In this document: positions 53,875 to 64,000 of the stretch, in pieces | Layout: each line of letters begins with the position of its first letter | How positions within the stretch are numbered: position 1 is the first letter of the stretch | Assembly: GCF_000181795.1 (NCBI RefSeq) | Contig: NW_003526943.1 | Span: forward strand, 7,337,566 to 7,401,565 | Source: Trichinella spiralis | Taxonomy: Eukaryota | Length of the DNA: 64,000 nucleotides | Direction: 5' to 3' | Notes under the pieces: generated by a model | What the model was told of the DNA's origin: nothing | Database searches by the model: none | What the model saw: the letters and a program-made list of their open reading frames with translations, nothing else | Made by a program: the position numbers and the translations under genes

Positions 53875-55113
53875 TTAACCGTTTACTGGCCGAATTAGGT
53901 TCCCCTTGCGTAAGGGCTATAATATTTAAAAAATGGCTTAATAAGAAGGATCTAAGGTACTTGTGTTAATGCCACCTCATTCTGATTGAAACAATGTACT
54001 TTTTTGGCATGTTCCCAAATGGGAACATTGGCACTTGGGCTTAACAATTTTACCAATAATTCAATATTAAAGGTTTCATACTTCACGTCACATTGTAGAT
54101 AATATAAAGTTATTTCTACAGTAGAAACATATTGATAAAATTATGCTAAGCCATGATAAGACGGAAAACAATTTCAGTGTAGCCTTTTTCTGCATTGAAC
54201 ACATTCATTTCTGCAGTTTCTTTGGCAAACTGCACATCGTCCTTGGGCACATGATTGGAGGTAGTGCCCGTACGAAGTCCGGAGTCTTATTGGTAAGTGG
54301 GACCGTGGCCCTAGGTGGTTTCTTAGGAATGGCCTCGCGTGCAATAAATGGATGGTGATTTCCCGGCGGAACTGTAAATGTGACAGCCGGTCATTGGTTG
54401 CTGTATGTAGCTCCATGTGCAATTTCCAAGCTGCCACTACGGCCATATTCAACGCATGTGAAAATAAATTCCACCACCATTTTCTTGATCTGAATTTCGG
54501 TCGATAACTAGATAACACTTTGTCCATCACATTCACACCACCCATATATTTGTTGTACTGCCGTATGATGTTTGGCTCTGTTATATCGACATGTTTCTTC
54601 TCAGCTTTCGAATATCTTTTTACAGTTTTAACCGGAAAATGTGTATGATAATTGGATGCAATAGTTACTGCAGCGTTGTCATTCCATCGGCACACATACA
54701 TTTCTTCATCACATGCATGTTCGAAATATCCTCGGCATTTTTTCATTATTACTTCCGGCTTCATAAGGGGGCAGTTGCGTATTCTGGCATTTCGAATTGT
54801 ACCCGTAGCCTTTATTCGTCGTCACGTCGTCTTCATTCACAATTCGATCGCTATCCACGGTAACGTCTACCTCACCACAGACATCTAGTGGCATCACTTC
54901 ATCTAAATCGTCTTCCTCAATATGCTCCTCATCAGTCAGGTTTCCATCTTCACAGGGTGGTAACTGACAAGCTTCTGCATTGATTTGGTCTTCTGGGGGT
55001 AAGGTCTCTAAATAGTCTATAGCGTTTTCCAACGTGAGAAATCTCGAAGCCATCACACTCAAATACGACACTTTACGAATGGCAGTAAGGCTGTAGTCTA
55101 TGGGACTGAAACA
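53875..55113 (-). mobile_element. piggyBac (PGBD2/3-like) element, internally deleted, in a presenilin intron position
   Basis: TTAA at 53875-53878. An acidic N-terminal segment (55071-~54835) abuts the C-terminal core 'KATGTIR...RWNDNAAVTIASN...YNKYMGGVNVMD...KWWWNLF' and the Cys-rich tail CAVC..C..ECVQC...H. The other end runs into the gap. Confidence 0.92.
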
Positions 55114-55123
55114 NNNNNNNNNN
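55114..55123. other. Assembly gap (10 N)
   Basis: Run of n in the sequence. Confidence 1.
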
Positions 55124-56443
55124 TTTTATAATAATTAAGAATATAAATAATAGTCGATTTATTATTTGAATCATCATCCTATTAGCTCCAGGATACGAAG
55201 AGAAAAGATCATAAATTCAATAATTGGTTGAGAAGATGGATGTTGATATACTTGAGGTGTGTGGGGTTTTTTCAGTTTGATGTTATCAGCATGTAGAATG
55301 ATTTATATATATTGTAGTTTTTATGCGTGAAATTATGCTAAAAAGTGGTCAGCAAATTGGTCAATGTGACCCAGTCGGATGGAATGTCACCATTGGAACA
55401 GTTGTCATTTGAACCGCTGACTTCACTGGCGCGCTGTGAGAAAAATTGCATTGAACTGTCCGATCAGATATTGTCGACGTTGATCAAGAATGGTGCTGAA
55501 GGCGGCGGTACAACAGTTGCGTTCACTGCTTCTTCTGCGTTGTGAGAGAAGCAGTTTTTTTATCAAGAAAGGCAGTTAAACTTCCTCATCAAAAAATCTT
55601 ACTCTCTTCACTCATCGCACACGGTTCCTTCAGATCGTGTATCTTTTATTCAGGTTCTTTTATCCTCTTCCTCTGGTTTGAACCTAGTTTTCTTTATCCA
55701 CAATAGCCCAAGCCTTGTCACGAGTTTTTTTTCACCTCTCTTTCTGTATACACACACACACACACGCCCAGATGTGATGTGTTTATTCCTCCTATGTGGC
55801 TACATTTTTTTTCATTTGCACAATTCTGTCAAAAAGGCAGTTAGTAGTACAATACATGCATACATACACATACATTCATTCAAATACCTATTGCATATTA
55901 CATACTCTGATAAGTACCTATTGTTTATTTATTTATTTATTTATTCATTTATAATATGTTTATTTATTTATTTGCCTATTATCTATCTTCTTATTTTTGC
56001 TTTTGAACTGTTTGCTAGTTAGTTTATCGATGCTTAAGTTTTTTTTCCTTTTTTTTCAATTTGTGCAACAAGTGTGTGCAGAGTTCGAAAACAGGGCCAA
56101 TAACGAAAATTAAAATGCTTTTTTATACACAAACAGACCATAATGGTGAAGTTATTTATTTCTGAAAAATTTAACAAGCAAAAAGAGTATGACAACTTTA
56201 AATGAATTAACCGTTTCAAGAGTTTTTTGGTCTTTCCAAGTTCGACAAATAAACTTTCACATCTTCTTACTTCCTTCCATGGACGGTAGAGAAGTTTGAA
56301 CAAACAATACAGACAGATGACCACGTCGTTTAAATCTTCTTCATTCGAAAAAATATTGCAATTTTTCATTTAATTTTCTAAAAATGCACTTTGTTCAGTG
56401 ATTTTATTTTCTTTAAAAAAACTCTTCTCTTTAAAAAAACCTA

Positions 56444-59400
56444 CCACCGCTTCTGGTTCGTGCAAAAGAGCATCCAATTCCTCGGTGAGATTTTGAAGCA
56501 TACTACCAATGTGATCGAGCGATCCACCTGGCCTTGATTAACCAAAAAGAAAAGAAAAGAAAAATACTCATATTAATTAATCATCACAATGTAGAGTGTC
56601 AAATCGATTTGATCAGAATTTTTTCTTTAAAAAATATTCAAAAACAAATAAAAAGAAACAATCAAACCTACTCATCAGTGTTGACTGTAGTATCAAAGTG
56701 ACGATGTAAGTCATTTTCAGATTTGTGAAATTGAAATTGACCAACAATAGCTTTTCGGTCCGCCTGAATTTCATCTTCTGAGCAAATGCTTCTGTCGACT
56801 GAACAAAAAAACACATAATTTAAATAATGCCAACTGTGAAACGGTTGTTGTTGTTGGTGGAGGTGAGCATTTTACCTAGAAACGAACAACTGCCAGAGCT
56901 GTTGGTGGTGGAATCCACTGGCGAGGAAAAATAGTCGGAACGAGACAGAATTTCACTACAGTCGGTCAGAATGTTCGTCTGAGTTGGTGGATTTCGTCGA
57001 ATGCTGCGCAACTGTTGTATCGACGCCTCGCAACGCAGACTGGGCGGTGTGGGCGGCGGCAACAGTTCGTCGACCGGGGCCCCACAGCCGCCGTTCCTTT
57101 CGGCAATTTCGTCCAAGTGTGCGCTGAGACGGAACACCGACCTCCTGGCAGCGCCGGTGCGGGCCGAGGTACCGTGATCCCAGGAACGGGCGCTGGCCGG
57201 AGGAGAGGTGGGGCACGAATCCGAGGCACCGCTGTAATCGCACTTGGCCAACGACAGTTTGGTCACACTGCCGACGTTGTTGTGAAAGCGGCCACGCCTC
57301 AGGTCCGGTTCGCTGCGTTTTTTCAAATCCTCGCCCATCCTCGGCGAGCCGTAGATCTTGCCAATCGGCTTCGCCACAGACGATGGCACCGGATGGACAA
57401 TTGCCCGCGCTTTGCCGGTCAAATTTTGTCGAGCCGTTGAAGAAGCACCACCGTTGTGGGCTTGCATACGTTGGAAAATCGACAGTCGACTAGCAACGCC
57501 AGACGTTGTTGGCACTTTCCTTGGCGACGACTGGAATGTCTGCAACTGGGGGCCTCCGTTGACACCAACCCCGACGGCAACCGCACCAGTACCACCACCA
57601 CCAACAGAAAAATGTGGCCGTATATCGGTTGCACTTTGCAAGTTGCAGCAATTGGACAATTCTGAATAGCGGTACACTTCGTCCGAAGACATGGTCCGCC
57701 GGCCGTTTTTCGTGTCTTTCAACTTTTTACAAGCCGCAAGTAGACGCTTCAAATGACCGAGCTTTTCCACTCCCATGTCTTCCAAATCTTCCCAGCTGAG
57801 CACGAACACGTCGTCCACCGTGTGACAGCCTTGCGATTCAAACGCCTCTTTATAATCAAACAATCCAATCTCATCCAACCACTGACTAACCGGGAAGTCC
57901 TATATAAAATATATTTGAAACAAAAAAATTTTTTCTTTTCATCAAATTGAACTTCCAACATTTGCTTCTTGCATATAAAAACAACTTGCCTGTGATCTAT
58001 TTCTTATTACAAAATATGATGCCATTCAAAATAATAATATTCAGCTAATTTCATCGAATTATTTGGCATACGTTTGACAAATTCTCGTTCAATTATGAAA
58101 CAAAAAAGAAACGCAAATAAATTTTCATCACTAAATGTCGATGAAACATTTTACAATCAAAAATGGTTATGATCGAATTTTTTCAATAAACAACGAGAAC
58201 ACAGCAACTTCGTTCTCTCAAGTGGAACTGAAGATGATGATGATAAATAAAACTTGTCGCAGTTAATAAATTATTGCAATTTGAAAAGGAGAAAGATGAA
58301 ATAAATTATCATGTGAACGAACATTTTCACATTTAATATAACAAGTGAAATGGAACCCATCATGTCGTAAATATCAATCTGATAAAATAGAACATTAAGA
58401 AAAAAAAAATAAACATCATCCATATCTGATGTATTCTTCTCTTTTATCGACAAAAATGAAATTATACTTTACCTTCCTATAGCAGGGCCATGTGTTGGTG
58501 ATGTTCATTCGACGTACTTCGTAGATAATTTTTTTGCGATGGTCTGGATTGCTGATACCAATGGCGGTCAAATCCTAAAATTAGCCCAATTTGAATAAAT
58601 ATCCAACACAAACAATATAGAATATGAACGACTTTTTCTCTTTTTTATTTTCTTTTTTATGCAAATCAGCTCATTTATCAACAGTATGCGTAGGAACAAT
58701 ACATTTTTCTTATCAAAAATTTTACGTTCTACAAAACTCATTAAAGCTTCACTTTATTCAAACTTGCTCTATTCCATTTTGAAACGAATTAATTTTCGCA
58801 GAATATGATAAACTGCGATGGCATTCGATAAGCTGGCTGATCTTTTTTTTCTGATCTTCAAAAAAACCGTTCAACATTACACCATCTGAATTCAACTTCT
58901 TATCTGATTTGATTTCAACATTATTTAAAAAAAATTTCACGTGACAAAGTCATGTTCAACTTCTAACCCCAATCCAACTAATGAAAATGCAGCTATATTA
59001 TAAAAATGCACTCGTGGAACTGACTTTGTTATAAAAAAAAACTTTTTTTTCTGAAAATTGAAATTATTTCACATCATCTTTGTCACAATGGTCTTTTCCA
59101 CCAATGCATTCTCGCATTACCCCCTGTTATCTTGCAGCATACATTATGCTTTGTCTATTGAAAATTAAAAAAAACAAAGTATTGTTTTAATATGATGAAT
59201 CAGAACAACAAACAAATATAAAACAACACATTTATCACTGATCAATCAATCCAGCCAACAATGGAAAAGTAATAAAATGCAAATTCGCTCTTTTTTTCCC
59301 CTTGTGAAAATTTCCGCAACAAGAATAACAAAAATCTAGCCCCCCTCGGCGTGATGAATAATCATTTGACCGGTTGCGGGGATTGTCAAGGACAACAGTG

Positions 59401-62245
59401 GGGGCTTTTCTCTCTCCAGGACAACAACAACAACAACAACACTGGCTTCATCTTTCACATTCTCAAACAACGTATGCTTTCAAAAATAAACCTACTGACC
59501 ATCAGGCCGGCTACACAATTGACGAACAGTAACCCTTTCGTCCAATGGAGCAAGATTATTTTTAAACATACAAAGTGATGTGAATTTTTTCCAAGCAGAT
59601 GTTCCATATTGTCCAAGGTTAGAAAATCGCTGTCGTTCGAACATCTATCCCATGTCTGAAAACCCCTGATGCGTCGTATGATTTTCTAAATTTTGCCCTG
59701 GCCATGACTGTATATGTATATATATAGTCGTTGGCTCTAATTCAACTCAAACAAACATCAGTTACAACCCGTCCCCCGCCTTCTCTGCAACCGTGTATAT
59801 CTATATCTCACTCCTCAACTCCCCCCGCATAATACACTATCCCACATGCCCCACTCCTTTATCACGCCCGTTTGACATCAATTCGAAATTTTTGAAATAT
59901 TTCACTAATTCTGCGCTGACACAAATGTTGCTTGCTCATAAAAACTCTCAGGGCATAAATTGACTTCTGGAAAACGCAGCGATTAAATTTATCATCATAT
60001 TTCACATCCACATCGACATTTTTTTTTCATCATAATCTTTTTTTTCTCTTTTTGTTAAATATTGAAATTATTATTATTATAAAAATAAAACCTCTTATCT
60101 CTTTTGGATATTTTAAATAATCAAACAGAGCTAGCTATATAGCTCTATTTTAAGATGTTTTTTTGCTCAAAATCAAGCTCACACACATTTAAACAGCTGG
60201 CAATTTATTTGCAAGAGAGCTTCATCAATATTGATAACAACAGATGCGTGTTGCTTGGAATGAATTGAGGCAAGAGTGTAAAAAATGGAAAAAACGAAGA
60301 AGAATTTCAAACCAATAGAACCATTATAACAACGCATATTAATGTTGATGGAAAGAAAACAATTACCGTTCTTGAAATTTTTCTTTCAATACCGTTGACC
60401 CTGTTCCATTCCATTCCATTACAAACCGTACAAGCTGGTCACAATGCCAACCAAATATGACCTAACACTAACTATTTATCTGTCTGTCGTTCAAGTATCA
60501 ACAACGCTAAAGCTATTCATGAACTGCTGTCCCTGTACAGACCAATTCAACATTAAAATTTTTTTTCTCAACAAATTTCATATTAATATTTTTTTTCTTT
60601 TGGTATTTTTCATTTTTACTAAACAAATCATCAATAGCTGTCAAAAATTACAAGTAATAATAATCATCAAAGTAATAAAAAAGAAACTATGCCAAGATCA
60701 CTGTCACACGCTTTGACATCGCGTTTACTTGAACAATAATTGCTGCTGACGTGTTCAAGTTGAATGGTGCAAAAATGCCGACGTGGAATACTACTTTCGT
60801 TAAAATGATGAATGAAAACTTTTTCTTTCAACAACAAAATGAAATATTATTATTATTCATTTCTCACTTCTAAGTTACTATTGGAAATTTCGAAATAATA
60901 ATAATAATCAACATTTAAAAATTTTCATCTAATCCAAACGATCAAATGTATACAGAAAATTGTTTATATAAAACACAATGAAAATGATTAATTTTGAAAA
61001 TTTTCTCTCCCGATGAGAACAATCGGCAGCAGTACGTCAATAAATTGTGAAACATAATTTACAAGATTATAAATCTTCATCAAAACTTTCATAATTAATA
61101 TTATTATTGTATATTCTTTCTGATTATGTTGCGATATTAATAAAAAGGAAAACAAACCTTTTCATACACAAATGGTGAGAGTGAAAATTAATGACGCTCT
61201 TCAAATGACACTCGCGTCACTTCTCCGTGCACAAAATAAACACTGAAAATTCGTACAAACAGCAGCAGAGTTGAAATATTTGCGTCAAAACATTAGCAGA
61301 TTTATAAAATATTATTATTATTGTTCTTGTTTGTCCAATTTTCAATTTTTTACATCCTTGTCAAATGAAAAAATATATGCAATTAGAAATTACAAAGATG
61401 ATGAAAATTTTCGGATTAAAAAGTTCGCAAAACCAGATATGAATGAAATGTTAGAATTTGATAAGAGAAGAAAAATGACAAAATCGGTCGGTCTCGATTT
61501 CGATTATACCGCCCGTGACAGGCTTCAATTTTCCATCCACTTGCAAGCACACAAAGACTATTTATTACATTAAATGCAGTTTAATCGAGGCGTGTTTACA
61601 CAATGGCTAAATGGACTGCCGCGCTCCCTTCCCTCATCCAATATTATAGGCTGACAACCGAGAAAGGATAAAATCGAAAATCGCTCTTACCTCAGGCGTC
61701 ATTTTCGACACCGTCTGCACATCGTAGCCAGCTTTCAAAAATAGAACCGCATAACAACCACAATTGAAACTATCCAACCAAGATTGTAAAACTTCCCCAT
61801 CCTGAAAAAATATATATAATTTAAAAAAGAAATGTAAAATTGAATAAAACCGACCGGCAAACCAGAAGCAATCATTGCTGTCAAATCTGTGGAAGCAGGT
61901 CTGGACGATTTTTCACTGAAACTGCCACGAGAGAAAGAGGAACTACTGGAGCAGCAGCTTTGCAAGCTCTGCCAGTCGTGCAAATGGCAAACCGACACGC
62001 TTTTCATCGTCTCCGCGTGTGCCTGCAAACGTCAAAACGTAAAAAATAGCAAATAAACAACACACTCGATGCGAATGGGAAAATATTAAAGAAAAAACAC
62101 TATGAAACAACACCAAAAGTCTGTCGGTAATAAAATTGCCCGTCATGCTTCTTTATTCATCCCATCATCACCTGACGCTTACCTTCAAAGAGGAAAAACC
62201 GAAAGTGTTGGCGCTGTAATTGGTGCCAGTGCTGTTGCGCTTCAT
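56444..62245 (-). CDS. Caskin-like scaffold with tandem SAM domains and Caskin C-terminal motif; last exon uncertain
   Basis: In-frame exons 62245-62183, 62022-61855, 61801-61691 (...AGYDVQTVSKMTPE), 58574-58473 (DLTAIGISNPDHRKKI), 57899-~56838 (SAM2: WLDEIGL...SWEDLEDMGVEKLGHLKRL), ~56797-56692 and ~56531-56444 (LDHIGSMLQNLTEELDALL). Confidence 0.88.
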
Positions 62246-64000
62246 CTTTTACTATTCTGCTTCATCTGCAATCTGCAATAAATAAATGAATAAATAAATA
62301 AATAAATCTGTATATGCTGGGTTTATGGGTTTGCATGGACAACTGAACAGAAAGTGAAAAGCCAGTTCGATGCTTTTCGATTCGATTAGGTGAAGAGTCT
62401 CTGAGGAGAATGGCGTGTGCAATAGGAAATCAACGACAAGTCGAAAAATTAAACCTCGTCTCGCCTCGAAATGTGGCGTTAATTTGACTGACGCCTGCTA
62501 CAAAACGCTGACGCTTCGGAAAAATAAATCGCATCAGCGTCCAGTGGACGACATTCGGTCGCCTCAAACGACGACGAATAATAGAAAGCGAAAATTAAAA
62601 ATAAAAAAAAATTTCACCATTAACAATCAGCTAATCAAAAAAAATGAGAAGAAGCTTTTCAACGGAAACAAAGCCGCCAGCCAACAAATGCAACTTCAAA
62701 ATTGTTCGACAACAAAAACAACAGTAGATGTTTTTTCCTCTTATTATGGTTAATGAACTTCGAAATTAAAAAAAATTTATGATTAAAAAAATATATCACA
62801 TCAAAATGAGAAGATTCAGATTGAATGTTGCAAAGAAAAAAAAAGCATATTGCCAACACAATGGAATGAAATTAAAAAAAGAATAAAGAAACGAATCACG
62901 CACACGCACGTGATCACGTTCAACGCTTTCGGCGGAGCAGAAGCGAGAAATTAGCGGCAAAGGAGCCGCCGTGCAGTTGTTATGAATCAATTTGAGAGCA
63001 TTTAGTGAAACACGGTCGCCAAATGCCAAAAATCGATCCGGCCCGGACAACGCACAGGTGCGACAAACAGGAAATTAATAATGACGAACTTTGTACTGTA
63101 CATTTATCTGATTATCAAGATCAAAAATAAATGCGCTTAATAAAAAATTCCACGTTGATTTTAATAATTTTTCCCAAATTGATAAGTTTTGTTAAAAATT
63201 TGCATTTTAAAATTAAGCAAAATTAATTTACTTTCTTTTTTTGAAATACACATCATATATGTACAAAAAACTTTCAATATGGATAAATGTAGAAATTCAT
63301 ACTCAGAATGTTTAACAAATTATTTATCATCAAGTAAAGTGTGTTTTCACATTAATGATTGTTTGTTGTGATTTCCAAATTTTATTCAAAATATTATATT
63401 TATCATTTACCAGACAATGGATGTACAACGATCATGTGTTTTGAAAAGTGTAAAAAAGCAAAATAAATTCAAAAAATATTTTAAAATTTATTAATGAATA
63501 ACAAATGATCTTCAAAATTATCGAAAGAAAAAATACCATACAAAAAGTAAATAAGATGCATAATGTATTTTTACTTTTATTTTCATCCATGTAATAAAAA
63601 CTGCCATTTAAAAAAAACATTAAAAAACAAATAACCTATATCAGCTGCAACAAAATTTTTGATTGCAATTTTCCCGGTTTCTCGCAATTTCAATGGCCAA
63701 AAACTGAATTTTCGGAACTAAAAATAACAATAAATTAATAAATACAAAAAAAATTGTAAAATCTAATTTTACCCAGGAAGGTGTTGGCTGAGTCATAAAC
63801 ACCATCACTGTCAGATCGCAATAACGTACCAAAATTGTAATCGGAAACTTTATCTTTAAAATGTTCTGCAAAATTTCTCCATTTCTACAAAACAGATGAA
63901 CTGAACAAAATGTTATTTACAAAAATTATGTACTTCTTTCATTTCTTCAGTTTTTAAATCAAACTCGTCTACAACATCCACTTTTAGGTCGGGAAATTGC

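Noticed and set aside
56956..57799. Several overlapping ORFs on both strands
   Set aside because: They are by-products of the GC-rich large exon of the Caskin-like gene.

Overview
AT-rich eukaryotic genomic DNA with short GT-AG introns. Gene content and transposon relics suggest a nematode, probably clade I (Trichinella-like); this is an inference. Recognisable spliced genes, in order: a DH(-PH) RhoGEF, a small secreted protein that is only an astacin-type propeptide, glucosamine-6-phosphate deaminase, a small secreted 4-Cys protein, a stand-alone CBP/p300 ZZ-TAZ2 protein, an intronless GNAT, a bestrophin, bystin, an atypical SLC6 transporter (snf-12-like), a TSPAN13/31-like tetraspanin, the 3' half of a presenilin next to a deleted piggyBac and an assembly gap, and a short Caskin-like tandem-SAM protein. 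Degraded Gypsy, piggyBac, hAT and MITE remnants fill about 11-16.4 kb and 48.9-55.1 kb. The most unusual feature is a gene-free interval (40.4-48.7 kb) with seven non-coding cassettes. Their flanks are conserved (50 nt identical in four copies) and fold into stem-loops, and they enclose a fast-diverging central hairpin. A second cassette type with the same logic is present in two copies. This may be an undescribed structured-RNA family. All gene models were spliced and translated by eye and all folds were read by eye; no database search or folding program was run.
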